A stretch of DNA of 64,000 bases from Minisyncoccota bacterium (GCA_041650615.1 JBAZKU010000001.1:185216-249215), one strand, 5' to 3'; shown: positions 9,488 through 18,775, counted from the first letter of the stretch. The notes: generated from the letters alone by a model not told the origin. A program made the numbers and translations.

Positions 9488-9586
9488 GTAAAATTAAGAA
9501 AATAAAAATTTTAAGAGTCGTGGGTTCCCTGTCCTCATGGACTCCGAGGGCGAAGGCTCAAAAATTTTTGATTTTCTTAATTTTAC
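9488..9586. repeat. palindromic element spanning exactly from the stop codon of the upstream gene to the obg start codon: 25-bp AT-rich inverted flanks around a GC core (gtgggttccctgtcct..gactccgagggcgaag)
   Basis: Inverted flanks gtaaaattaagaaaat(a)aaaaatttt and the reverse complement. Core is homologous to the cores at 54223..54273 and 31336..31366. Confidence 0.75.
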
Positions 9587-10479
9587 ACCGAAAGTGCTAA
9601 TTCTGCTAATTTAATAGCTCCTTCTTTGGTTTTTGCCACAGCCATAAAAAGCCCTCTGTGGCAAAATACTGCATCAGAAACACCCGTGATTTTTTGCAAC
9701 TCTTCATCTCGCAACCCCGCCCAAGATTCCGGTAAATTCTTTCTATTTTTAAAAGTTTTCGGGTCCTCTCTAACCGCTTTTATCCCCCAAGTATTAGTGG
9801 TTCTCGGATAAATTATAAAAAAGGGCTCAGGAAAATTATTTAGCATATTCTCGTAAGGATAATCTTCGTCTAAAATAATGATTCTTTTATCTTTCGTATT
9901 TTGGTAAATTGATATTACTTTTTCTTCCGCCAAAATAGAATCTTTAGCTTGGATAATCTCTCTCGACAAAATTTCCTTGGCGAAATTTACACATTTTAAA
10001 AACATTTCATCTTTACTTAAGTCAGTTTCGCGCCAAGTCGGACGCATGGCTAAAAAAAAGTGTTGGATAAAATAAGGAGAAATATTATATTTATTTTCCA
10101 CTAAATCAAAACCGTTATCAAAAGCATCCACAGGAGCAACAAGCCGTGTATCTATTAACTTTGCCGCTTTTTTTGATCCAGTTAATTCTTCACCGAACTT
10201 CTTCCAAACTAAGCCAAAAGATGAATATAGGATTCCGATTTCCCCTTTCTCTTTGAAACCTATTTGATGATGGTCAAATCTATTTGTTTTTTCATCATAA
10301 ATTCCGCCCACATCAAAAACATAATCGCCATTCTTTATTATTTCTTCATCGCGCGTGCGGATTATTTCAAGACTTTCACCTTTTTTTTCTAACATTAAAG
10401 AAAGCGCAGCTGCGGCAAAAATATCATCTGCGTGGAAAGAACCATTATGTGTAATTAATTTTTTACTGTTTGTTTCCAT
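9583..10479 (-). CDS. MYG1/UPF0160 family metal-dependent hydrolase
   Basis: THNGSFHADD N-terminal motif; about 300-aa family with an HD-like fold. Confidence 0.7.
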   Translation of the reverse strand: METNSKKLITHNGSFHADDIFAAAALSLMLEKKGESLEIIRTRDEEIIKNGDYVFDVGGIYDEKTNRFDHHQIGFKEKGEIGILYSSFGLVWKKFGEELTGSKKAAKLIDTRLVAPVDAFDNGFDLVENKYNISPYFIQHFFLAMRPTWRETDLSKDEMFLKCVNFAKEILSREIIQAKDSILAEEKVISIYQNTKDKRIIILDEDYPYENMLNNFPEPFFIIYPRTTNTWGIKAVREDPKTFKNRKNLPESWAGLRDEELQKITGVSDAVFCHRGLFMAVAKTKEGAIKLAELALSV

Positions 10480-11095
10480 TATTATTGTTATCTATAAAAC
10501 CATTTTTAAAATATTCAAAAATTCTATAAGAAAAAGCAACCAATTTATCAAAAAGTAAAAAGATCACAAGAAAAGCAAATATAGCCATAGAAAACTTGCC
10601 TATCTCTTTACTGAAAGAAAGAGCGGTTTGGCTGAAGAAATATCCTAAACACAAAAGCAGAGGCGCCCAGATAATGGTAGAAAATAATTCCGCTTTTAAA
10701 AAAGTTCTTAAATTAATTTTAAGATACCCAGAAAATACGATAACCCAATAATTTACCGACATTATAAATTTTGAAATAAAAATAGACCAAAATGGCTTTT
10801 GCTTGAACCTGGGCACAAAATAAAGTACTCTTTTTTCAAGATATTTCAAAAAATTACATTGATTATATTTTTTATAAAGAAATACTCCTAGATAATACCC
10901 AAAGAAAGTTTTTACCGCTCCTCCGGCTAAAATAAAAGAAAATGATAACCAAAAATCGAGAATTCCTAAGTGAGACAAGACACCCGCAGTAATAACAATT
11001 ATTTCTCCTTCAAAAATAAGTCCTATAAAAATTATCAAATACGCCAATACTTGATGCTCTCCCACTAACTGATTTAGAACTTGTACCGTGTGCAT
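10463..11095 (-). CDS. DedA/SNARE-associated family membrane protein
   Basis: Polytopic protein with a FEGEIIVITAGVL DedA-type motif. Confidence 0.6.
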   Translation of the reverse strand: MHTVQVLNQLVGEHQVLAYLIIFIGLIFEGEIIVITAGVLSHLGILDFWLSFSFILAGGAVKTFFGYYLGVFLYKKYNQCNFLKYLEKRVLYFVPRFKQKPFWSIFISKFIMSVNYWVIVFSGYLKINLRTFLKAELFSTIIWAPLLLCLGYFFSQTALSFSKEIGKFSMAIFAFLVIFLLFDKLVAFSYRIFEYFKNGFIDNNNNGNKQ

Positions 11096-11101
11096 AATAT
11101 A

Positions 11102-11554
11102 TTAGAAGAGGCTGTCAACTACCTCTTTCACCATTCCTCCATCTGCCTTACCTTTTAACTCTTTCATCAATGCCTGCATTAACGCACCCTTTTTTGCGGT
11201 GTCATTAATACCTAATTCTGCTTTTTTGCTTTTCGCTATTTTCTCTATTTCGTCTTTTTCCATCAATTTAGGCAAATAAGTTTCCAATATTACCAATTGT
11301 GCTTCTTCTTCTCTCACTAAATCTTCCCGATTGCCCTTTTTAAACTGTTCTATAGAATCTTTTCTTTGTTTGGCAAGACGATTTATTACCACAAGCGTTT
11401 CTTCGTCAGAAAGTAATTCATTTGGTTTGCGGTTTTTTGAAACAAGTTCGTTGGTAAAACCGGAAACCATAGACCGCAAAGTTTCAAGTAAAACAATATT
11501 TTTTGCCAACATCGCCTCTTTTATACTATTTTTTATTCGTTCATGTAAAAGCAT
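11102..11554 (-). CDS. GatB/YqeY domain-containing protein
   Basis: Helical ~150-aa protein resembling YqeY (MLLHERIKNSIKEAMLAKN..). Start trimmed to an internal Met preceded by TGTTATAAT 6 nt upstream. Confidence 0.7.
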   Translation of the reverse strand: MLLHERIKNSIKEAMLAKNIVLLETLRSMVSGFTNELVSKNRKPNELLSDEETLVVINRLAKQRKDSIEQFKKGNREDLVREEEAQLVILETYLPKLMEKDEIEKIAKSKKAELGINDTAKKGALMQALMKELKGKADGGMVKEVVDSLF

Positions 11555-11590
11555 TGTTCCATTATAACAAAATATGATAAAATAACCAAT

Positions 11591-12316
11591 ATGATTGTAG
11601 AAAAAAAGATCATATTTTTTGATACGGAAACTACGGGCAATACGGAAAAAGATTTTTTGTGCCAAATTGCTTATAAAACGGGCAATGAAAATTTCGTTAG
11701 CCTTTATAAACCTTCAATCAAAGTCCCTCCGGAAACTTCAGCTATACACCATATAACAAATAAAATGTTGGAGGACAAACCTGTTTTCAAAGAAAGCGGT
11801 GATTTTTCAAAAATCAAAGAACTTTTTGAAGATAAAAATTCTGTTATCGTCGCACATAATGCACTTTTTGATTTAATGATTATAAAAAAAGAAGGCATTA
11901 TTCCTGTTAATTTTATTTGCACCCTAAGATTGGCCAGATATTTGGACCCTGAGGAAAAAATAGAAAAATATAATTTGCAATACTTACGATATCTTTTGGA
12001 TATTGAAATAGATGCTACCGCCCATGATGCCCTGGGAGACGTTTTAGTTTTAGAAAAATTATATGAAAGGTTAAAGAAAAAACTGATTGAGCAAGAAAAA
12101 ATAAGTGAAGAAGAAGCGGTGCAAAAAATGATAGAGATTTCTTCCCATCCTTCAATTTTTAAATCCATTAAATTCGGTAAATATAACGGCCGGCAAATAG
12201 AAGAAATAATGAGAGTTGACCGTGGATATCTAGAATGGCTCTTGGCTCAAAAATTGGAAAGCGATCAAATAGATGAGGATTGGATTTATACATTAAAACA
12301 TTACTTAAATAAATAA
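11591..12316 (+). CDS. DEDDh 3'-5' exonuclease (DnaQ-like) with extra C-terminal domain
   Basis: Exo motifs FFDTETTG, VAHNALFDL and HDALGDV. C-terminal FGKYNGRQIEEI..YLEWLL motif. Confidence 0.8.
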   Translation: MIVEKKIIFFDTETTGNTEKDFLCQIAYKTGNENFVSLYKPSIKVPPETSAIHHITNKMLEDKPVFKESGDFSKIKELFEDKNSVIVAHNALFDLMIIKKEGIIPVNFICTLRLARYLDPEEKIEKYNLQYLRYLLDIEIDATAHDALGDVLVLEKLYERLKKKLIEQEKISEEEAVQKMIEISSHPSIFKSIKFGKYNGRQIEEIMRVDRGYLEWLLAQKLESDQIDEDWIYTLKHYLNK

Positions 12317-12317
12317 T

Positions 12318-13367
12318 ATGGAAGCAACTTTAATTTTATTAATTGTAATTATAGTTTTAGTTGGAGGTATTGTTGCCTATTTTTTACTGAGTAAGAAAGA
12401 AAGAAAACCCGAAAATGATACCGGACTTCAGCTTATTCTCCAGCAGTTAAATGAATTATCCAGAACCGTGGATAGTAAGCTTGGAGAATCTCACAAACAA
12501 GTACGGGAAAGCTTGCAATTTCATTCTTCTGAATCAAATAAAATAATAAGAGATGTGACGGAAAGACTTACCAGATTGGATGAGACTAATAAACAAGTTA
12601 TTTCCTTTGCCGACCAATTGCAAAGTTTGGAAAATATTTTAAAAAATCCTAAACAGCGCGGAATATTAGGCGAATACTATCTGGAAACAGTTTTGAAAAA
12701 TGTCCTTCCGCCTGGAAGCTATCAAATGCAATATGAATTTCCAGACAAGACAATTGTGGACGCCGTAGTGTTTGTGAAAGATAAAATTATCCCGATTGAT
12801 TCCAAATTTTCACTGGAAAATTACAATAAAATGGCAGAAGAAAACAACGAGGCGGAAAAGAAAAAATTGGAAACGATTTTTGTAAATGATTTAAAAAACA
12901 GAATTGTGGAAACAGCAAAATATATCCAGCCTTCCAAAGGCACCACTGATTTTGCTTTTATGTTCATTCCGCATGAAGCTATTTATTACGACCTTCTGAC
13001 CAATAAAGTCGGGGTGCTGGAAGAAAATGAAAATCTGATTCAACGCGCTGCCGGAAAATATAAAGTTATCATTACGAGTCCCACTTCTTTTCTTGCCTAT
13101 TTGCAAACTGTTCTTCAAGGATTGAAGGCTTTAAAAATAGAAGAGTCAGCCAAAGAAATAATAAAAAAAGTGGAAGACCTGGGGAAACATTTAAAATCTT
13201 TTGATGAATATTATTTGAAACTTGGTAATGCATTAAGAACTGTTGTAAGTCATTATGATACTTCAGGTAAAGAATTAAAAAAGATAGACAAGGATGTGCT
13301 TCGTATAGCCGGTACTTCGCCGGAACTTTCTACTCTTTCTCTGGAAAAACCAAAACTAGAAGATTAA
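12318..13367 (+). CDS. rmuC: DNA recombination protein RmuC
   Basis: N-terminal TM, coiled coil, and C-terminal RmuC nuclease-like domain (TDFAFMFIPHEAIYY, SPTSFLAYLQTV). Starts 1 nt after the exonuclease gene. Confidence 0.85.
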   Translation: MEATLILLIVIIVLVGGIVAYFLLSKKERKPENDTGLQLILQQLNELSRTVDSKLGESHKQVRESLQFHSSESNKIIRDVTERLTRLDETNKQVISFADQLQSLENILKNPKQRGILGEYYLETVLKNVLPPGSYQMQYEFPDKTIVDAVVFVKDKIIPIDSKFSLENYNKMAEENNEAEKKKLETIFVNDLKNRIVETAKYIQPSKGTTDFAFMFIPHEAIYYDLLTNKVGVLEENENLIQRAAGKYKVIITSPTSFLAYLQTVLQGLKALKIEESAKEIIKKVEDLGKHLKSFDEYYLKLGNALRTVVSHYDTSGKELKKIDKDVLRIAGTSPELSTLSLEKPKLED

Positions 13368-13376
13368 AAGAGTTTA

Positions 13377-13415
13377 CCCCCACACTTACTTTAGTGAGTA
13401 AGTTGTGGGGGTTTT
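13377..13415 (+). terminator. intrinsic terminator after rmuC
   Basis: cccccacacttact-ttag-tgagtaagttgtggggg followed by TTTT. Confidence 0.8.
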
Positions 13416-13426
13416 CCACAGTTTAG

Positions 13427-13454
13427 TTGACAAACATACATAATGGTATATAAT
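13427..13454 (+). promoter_or_regulatory. sigma70-type promoter TTGACA-N16-TATAAT
   Basis: Exact consensus hexamers; drives the two small basic ORFs. Confidence 0.7.
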
Positions 13455-13509
13455 ATTGACGAATTCACTATTCTTTGTTATTGTATCTTTTTCATAAAAG
13501 GAGTTCTTT

Positions 13510-13644
13510 ATGAATGTAAATGGAAAAAGTTATAAATCAAATCTTGAACGTTCTCGTGAAAACAAACAACGACTACGAAAGAAAAATAAGCCTAATAAAT
13601 CATTACATCGGCTTGCTAATAGAAATAAAGTTAATAATTCATAA
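13510..13644 (+). CDS. small highly basic protein (44 aa), possible nucleic-acid-binding or ribosomal-like
   Basis: SD AAAGGAG 7 nt upstream of the ATG. Sequence MNVNGKSYKSNLERSRENKQRLRKKNKPNKSLHRLANRNKVNNS. Below the 60-aa cutoff of the ORF track. Confidence 0.5.
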   Translation: MNVNGKSYKSNLERSRENKQRLRKKNKPNKSLHRLANRNKVNNS

Positions 13645-13722
13645 ACATCTTCTTCTTGATAAATACATATATTTTAAAATCAACTAATTCACTTTTTTAC
13701 CATTAATTATACGAGGTCCACT

Positions 13723-13842
13723 ATGTGTATCCCTGTTAATCTCCGAAATAAAAAACGAAAAATGGAACAACACAGAAAAGAAAGACGAACGCAGAAATTG
13801 GCAGAAAAAGCAGCGAAAAATGGAAAAAGGAAGAGAATCTAG
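13723..13842 (+). CDS. small highly basic protein (39 aa)
   Basis: SD GAGG upstream. Sequence MCIPVNLRNKKRKMEQHRKERRTQKLAEKAAKNGKRKRI. Followed by a terminator at 13876..13909. Confidence 0.45.
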   Translation: MCIPVNLRNKKRKMEQHRKERRTQKLAEKAAKNGKRKRI

Positions 13843-13875
13843 GAACGTTTTAAAAATCAATTTTATTTTAAAGAA

Positions 13876-13909
13876 AAACGCATTCCATAAAATCGGTGAT
13901 GCGTTTTTT
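13876..13909 (+). terminator. intrinsic terminator
   Basis: aacgcat..atgcgtt stem followed by TTTTT. Confidence 0.65.
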
Positions 13910-13943
13910 CATTTTTTATCCAAAAATGTTATATTTTCCACAT

Positions 13944-14017
13944 GGCCCTATCGTCTAACGGCTAGGACGTATCCTTCTCAAGGATAAAATCAGAGTCCGA
14001 TTCTCTGTAGGGTCACA
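13944..14017 (+). tRNA. tRNA-Glu (anticodon CTC)
   Basis: GGCCCTATCGTCTAACGGCTAGGACGTATCCTTCTCAAGGATA..TAGGGTCACA with anticodon loop TTCTCAA. Confidence 0.85.
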
Positions 14018-14227
14018 AAACGCGCAAAGCAAATAAACTGCTTTATTTGCGGGCGATTTGTGAAGGCACAGGCATAATTTTTGAGTACAAAAATTGCCGA
14101 GCCGGGGTCGCGAACACTTACGTATTTTATGATGGTGAGCTTGCCGAATCAGAAATAAAATACTTAGTGATTTGTGACCACATAAACTTAGAATGCGAAG
14201 CATATCAATTTTTGTTATAATTTAAAC

Positions 14228-14800
14228 ATGAAAAACGCCATACTTTTACATGGAAGTTCTTCTACCCCAAATTCTTTTTGGCTACCTTCTATTAAAAAAT
14301 TTTTAGAAGAAAAGGGTTATAGCGTTTGGGCTCCTCAACTTCCATTTCCGGAAGCACCTGATTTAAAAAATCAACTACCTTTTATTTTAAACAATGCAAC
14401 TTTTAATAACGAAACTATAATCATTGGCCACTCTTCTGGTTGCCCATTAATTTTGAGTATTTTAGAAAAGATAAATGTAAAAATTAATAAAGCAATTTTA
14501 GTTGCAGGTTTTGCAAGACTGCTTAGAAAAATGGAAGATAATTCTTTAAAAAAATTAGAGAAAGATGCAGAACCAATATTGCAGAAAACTTATGATTGGG
14601 AAAAAATTAAAAACAATGTTCAAGATATTGTTTTTATAAATTCAGAAAACGATCCATGGGGATGTAATGACAATGAAGGGAAATACATGCAGGAACACTT
14701 GGGAGGAAAACTTATAATAAACAAAGAAGGTCATATGGGGTCAGAAAAATTCAATCAACCATACAAGAATTTTCCACTTCTCGAACAATTATTGTCTTAA
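14228..14800 (+). CDS. RBBP9/YdeN-like serine hydrolase (alpha/beta fold)
   Basis: About 190 aa, with LLHGSSSTP and GHSSGC nucleophile-elbow motifs. Confidence 0.7.
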   Translation: MKNAILLHGSSSTPNSFWLPSIKKFLEEKGYSVWAPQLPFPEAPDLKNQLPFILNNATFNNETIIIGHSSGCPLILSILEKINVKINKAILVAGFARLLRKMEDNSLKKLEKDAEPILQKTYDWEKIKNNVQDIVFINSENDPWGCNDNEGKYMQEHLGGKLIINKEGHMGSEKFNQPYKNFPLLEQLLS

Positions 14801-14860
14801 ACCCCTTTATTTGATTAAAAATCAGGCTCCAATCTCAATGTTTTAATAGCCCCTAAATAC

Positions 14861-14888
14861 TTGACATTTTCGTCAAAAGGTGTATACT
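14861..14888 (+). promoter_or_regulatory. sigma70-type promoter TTGACA-N16-TATACT
   Basis: Consensus hexamers upstream of two small membrane-peptide ORFs. Confidence 0.65.
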
Positions 14889-14948
14889 TATAGTATAAAA
14901 TTGTCCTTTTGATAAAAAAATAATAAATAACCAAGAAAGGAGTTTCTT

Positions 14949-15083
14949 ATGTTGGAAACAATAGGAAAATTCTTACTAGACGTAACTATTGTATTGGCCA
15001 TATTGTTTGTGTTGTATGGAGCCTTCATTGTGTACAAAAGCTGGCCGGAAATTCAGTATCAATGGAGAAGGCTTTGGGAATAA
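14949..15083 (+). CDS. small single-TM membrane peptide (44 aa)
   Basis: SD AAAGGAG 7 nt upstream. Sequence MLETIGKFLLDVTIVLAILFVLYGAFIVYKSWPEIQYQWRRLWE. Confidence 0.45.
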   Translation: MLETIGKFLLDVTIVLAILFVLYGAFIVYKSWPEIQYQWRRLWE

Positions 15084-15124
15084 TTAATACACATACTGAT
15101 AACAAAAGAAACAGGAGATCACCA

Positions 15125-15289
15125 ATGGAATATATAACTAGTTCCCCGAACTTTAAAAAGTCCAAAAAGAATTATGTAATGGGTTATGAACTATCCAGCA
15201 GGACAAAAAGAATTTTACTTTCTTTGTTTACTGCAATAGTTATCGTAATCATTGGGACAATCTTTAGTATTGTCCTTAATGTTCATTAA
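15125..15289 (+). CDS. small membrane peptide (54 aa) with basic N-terminus and C-terminal TM
   Basis: SD AGGAG 8 nt upstream of the ATG. Internal start of track ORF 15062..15289. Followed by a terminator. Confidence 0.45.
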   Translation: MEYITSSPNFKKSKKNYVMGYELSSRTKRILLSLFTAIVIVIIGTIFSIVLNVH

Positions 15290-15350
15290 ATTTTCTTCAG
15301 TAACAAACCCCCACTTCAAAATCCCACCTTTCACTTGGCGCGGCTCTCAA

Positions 15351-15380
15351 GGCGCAGATCATCAAGATCTGCGCTTTTTT
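15351..15380 (+). terminator. intrinsic terminator (convergent with the murF end)
   Basis: ggcgcagatc-atca-agatctgcgc followed by TTTTTT. Confidence 0.7.
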
Positions 15381-16713
15381 ATTTCTTCTCCAACCACTCC
15401 TTATCTTGGCGAACGAGAAGCTCTGATTTTTTTTCTTTGTCAAAAAGTACAGCTTCTACTGCCCGTTCCATGCGCATACCCTGCGAACCTTTAATAAGTA
15501 TAAAATCATTTTTTTGAATAAAGGTTTTCAAGAACTCCCCTGCTTCCCGCGAATTTAAAAATTCAAAAATACCCGCCTTGACTCGCGAAGACTCATCAAC
15601 GCGAGGCAGGTTTTTTTTATTCATTCCTGCTTCCATTGCGCCTTCTTTTATTTTTTCTGCCCGAGGACCAACTGTAATAAGTATGTCAGCATTCTCTTTT
15701 GCAATTTTGCCAATATTTTTATGAGCTTCTTCCGTATGACGACCAAGTTCCAACATGTCACCTAAGACAGCGATTTTTCTCCCCGAACTTTTTAATTCTC
15801 CTAAAGTTTTAAGCGCAAATTCGCAAGCAAAAGGAGAAGAATTATAAGAATCATCTATTATTAAAGAATCATTTACTCCCTTCAAAAGGCGCATACGTCC
15901 AGGCGGAACATTGTAATTTTTAAGTTTATTAATGGCTGTCAACGTGTTTAATTTTAAACCGGAAGAAAGCGCAAGCGCTCCAAGAGATGCGTAAATGTGA
16001 TTTTTGCCGAATACTCCTTCAATAATAACCGGCAAACTGTTTCCTTCTTCATCTATTCTAAAAGTTAAACCTTCCGGTATTCCCTCTCTATTATATAAAA
16101 TACTGTCGCTTGAGCCTTTTATATCGGAACCTTCCTTAAAACCAAAAGTCACAATGCGATTCTTTGTTTTTTCCCTCATTTCAGAAACTATCTCATCGTC
16201 ATTATTTAATATTAAAAGTCCGTCTTTTTTAAGAGTTTTTATGAGTCCACTTTTTTCTTCTACAAGATGTTTGCGCGAATCAAAAAATTCAATATGTACG
16301 GGAGTTTCCCCTATGGCCGTAATTATAACCGCATCAGTTCTAAGCCATGAAGCAGTAGAACGCATATCGCCTGGTTTTCCGATACCTACTTCAAGCACCA
16401 ACCACTTGGGATATTTATGAGGCCAAATAAAAAGCCAAAACCCTTTTAAAATATTTGAAATCCATGTAAGGGGATTATTCCATCCGTTGGGAACACCTAA
16501 AATAGTGAGAGGTAATCCTATTTCACTGTTATAACTTTTTTCACTTTTACGAACATAGGAAATACCGGAAATCACGGCGAAAACCGCATCTTTCGTGGAA
16601 GTCTTGCCGACCGATCCCGTGATAGCAATAATCTTAGGCTTATACTTCCAAAGTACCAGTCGTGATTCTATTCTTAAAATATAAACTAAAGGTTTTTTGA
16701 TTGCAGTTCTCAT
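15379..16713 (-). CDS. murF: UDP-N-acetylmuramoyl-tripeptide--D-alanyl-D-alanine ligase
   Basis: ATP-binding ITGSVGKTSTK and Mur ligase central and C-terminal domains. Carries an in-frame GC-rich insert at 15572..15610. Confidence 0.9.
   Translation of the reverse strand: MRTAIKKPLVYILRIESRLVLWKYKPKIIAITGSVGKTSTKDAVFAVISGISYVRKSEKSYNSEIGLPLTILGVPNGWNNPLTWISNILKGFWLFIWPHKYPKWLVLEVGIGKPGDMRSTASWLRTDAVIITAIGETPVHIEFFDSRKHLVEEKSGLIKTLKKDGLLILNNDDEIVSEMREKTKNRIVTFGFKEGSDIKGSSDSILYNREGIPEGLTFRIDEEGNSLPVIIEGVFGKNHIYASLGALALSSGLKLNTLTAINKLKNYNVPPGRMRLLKGVNDSLIIDDSYNSSPFACEFALKTLGELKSSGRKIAVLGDMLELGRHTEEAHKNIGKIAKENADILITVGPRAEKIKEGAMEAGMNKKNLPRVDESSRVKAGIFEFLNSREAGEFLKTFIQKNDFILIKGSQGMRMERAVEAVLFDKEKKSELLVRQDKEWLEKK
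15572..15610. repeat. GC-rich repeat, family cccgcctWgact..gcgaggcagg, in frame in murF
   Basis: cccgccttgactcgcgaagactcatcaacgcgaggcagg. Encodes about NLPRVDESSRVKAG. Confidence 0.7.
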
Positions 16714-16719
16714 TAAATT

Positions 16720-18441
16720 TTACCGATCCGGCGGAATTTCGTAATAATTAATCAAAAAGTTGGTAATATTTAAAAAATAATCTCCCCATGTTTGAATCGC
16801 ATAAAGTACGCCTTTGGGATTAACTGCATAAAGAAAAACAATGAATTCTGGATCATAAGCGGGGAAATATCCGACAAAGGAATGAATATGCCTATCTTCA
16901 TAATAACCTCCATTTACACTATCTGCAACTTGAGCGGTTCCTGTTTTTGCCGCCACGCTATAGTGCTCCAACTTCCCATTGGTCCCAAGATTTTTATCCA
17001 TAGCGTTCACCAGCATGCGAGTAATCTCTTCCGCGGTTAACTTGGATATTTTCGTGGGCGTCATACTATATGCTATATCTTTCTCTGTGCCATCATCATA
17101 TTTTATCCCTTTGACGATATGCGGAACAACCAAATTTCCACTATTTGAAAGTGAGGCCAGCGCCCGCACCAATTCAATCGGAGTTAAGGCAATACCTTGA
17201 CCAAAAGCAGCATTGGCATATTCAATTTCGCGAGGGCTATTTATTATATTGGAAACCAATCCGCTCGTTTCGTTCGGTAAATCAATCCCGGTCTTATCCT
17301 TAATGCCATAAGAAAGTAAATAATCTCTTACTTTTTCCTTGCCTAATTTTTGTTCCACAAAAACCATTCCGGTATTAAGGGACTGAGTTAAAACATCCTG
17401 CATTGTCGTACCCGGGCCTCTCCCCTTTTTATCAAAATTAAATATTTGATGTTTTTCAACTGTAACCTCCCCTTTGTCATTATATGTCGTAGCCGCTGTC
17501 ACTACTCCCGCATCCAGCGCTCCTGCCATAACCAAAGGTTTTACGACAGATCCAAATTCATATACATTTTCTACAAAGGGATTGGAAAAAATAGAGACGG
17601 TTTCAACTTGGGAAAAATTATTAAGGTCAAAATCGGGCTTGCTGCTAAGCGCATAAATGGAACCATCAGTGGGATTCATAATTATTCCCCCAACGGAATC
17701 AACTTGATATTTTGTTTTCACATTCTCCAATGTTTTTTCTAAAAAATTTTGCACTGTCGGTTCAATGGTCGTTACCACATCTCCTTCTTTTGATTTATCG
17801 CTAAATAATGTTTTATTTATATCAGAAAAAACTTCAGCAAAAAAATTTATATAAGGATTATCCTTATTTCTGGAAAGTTCATCATTATATTGTCTTTCTA
17901 AACCATAGCGACCACCGAGATCATTTCCTTTATAGGCTACAAAACCGAGCGATTGCGAAGCAAGACTGCCGCCAGGATAAAAACGCCATTTCTCTTTATA
18001 AATAGACAGGCCGGGGATTTTTAAAAGAGACACCGCATCAGCTTCCTCTTTTGTCAGACGATTTGCTATTTCTTCATAAGGGTCGTTTTCTTTTCCCGCC
18101 TGCGTTAAAAATTTATCATGGTCAATGGTTATTATTTTTGACAACTCCTGATAAACCGATTCTTTGTCAGTAATTTTAGCGGGATTAATGGCTATTTTGA
18201 ATCCGGTGGTTTGCATAGCCGCGGAAACAAGCTGGCCGTCTTTGCGTGAAAAATAAATAGTTCCGCGTTCAAAGATATTAGATGATGGCGTGGAATACTG
18301 CCTATCCGCTTGCTCGGAATAATCATCGCTATGTACGACTTGCACCAAAAAAAGCTTGCTTATTAAAATTAAGGCAAAAATTGAGATGCAAAAGAAAACA
18401 ATTCTGGTTCTAAAAAGAAAATTATATTTCATTTTTAGCAA
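16720..18441 (-). CDS. ftsI: penicillin-binding protein 2 / FtsI-type transpeptidase
   Basis: N-terminal TM and dimerization domain, plus a transpeptidase domain with SVVK (SxxK) and KTGTA motifs. Confidence 0.85.
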   Translation of the reverse strand: MLKMKYNFLFRTRIVFFCISIFALILISKLFLVQVVHSDDYSEQADRQYSTPSSNIFERGTIYFSRKDGQLVSAAMQTTGFKIAINPAKITDKESVYQELSKIITIDHDKFLTQAGKENDPYEEIANRLTKEEADAVSLLKIPGLSIYKEKWRFYPGGSLASQSLGFVAYKGNDLGGRYGLERQYNDELSRNKDNPYINFFAEVFSDINKTLFSDKSKEGDVVTTIEPTVQNFLEKTLENVKTKYQVDSVGGIIMNPTDGSIYALSSKPDFDLNNFSQVETVSIFSNPFVENVYEFGSVVKPLVMAGALDAGVVTAATTYNDKGEVTVEKHQIFNFDKKGRGPGTTMQDVLTQSLNTGMVFVEQKLGKEKVRDYLLSYGIKDKTGIDLPNETSGLVSNIINSPREIEYANAAFGQGIALTPIELVRALASLSNSGNLVVPHIVKGIKYDDGTEKDIAYSMTPTKISKLTAEEITRMLVNAMDKNLGTNGKLEHYSVAAKTGTAQVADSVNGGYYEDRHIHSFVGYFPAYDPEFIVFLYAVNPKGVLYAIQTWGDYFLNITNFLINYYEIPPDR

Positions 18442-18775
18442 TATCTATACTGCCAAGAGCTTTGCGAGTTACGAATGTTGCCTTTATTTCTTTGAAACCG
18501 AGAGAATAAGCTAGGTTAAGGTCAACTTTTTGAGACAAAGAAAGATATTCTTGTTCCAAATTCCCTACTTCGTTTGATAAGGTAAGAGCATATCCTTCTA
18601 AAGTTTTGCGCTCTACAATATTAAAAACCATACTTGCCAAAAAGAAAAAATACAAAAGCGCTATAACAAAAAGCGTCCCAAGCATGACATTTAAAACTCG
18701 CCTGTTTAAATTACCATTATCAATGATATTTACATTACTTGCATAATTTTTTAGTTTTAAACTTGCTTGTCTCAT
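18422..18775 (-). CDS. cell division protein FtsL-like (single TM plus coiled coil)
   Basis: Located between rsmH and ftsI; about 117-aa bitopic protein. Confidence 0.5.
   Translation of the reverse strand: MRQASLKLKNYASNVNIIDNGNLNRRVLNVMLGTLFVIALLYFFFLASMVFNIVERKTLEGYALTLSNEVGNLEQEYLSLSQKVDLNLAYSLGFKEIKATFVTRKALGSIDIAKNEI

Noticed and set aside
13955-14203. 82-aa minus-strand ORF
   Set aside because: Overlaps tRNA-Glu(CTC) and a promoter region; spurious.
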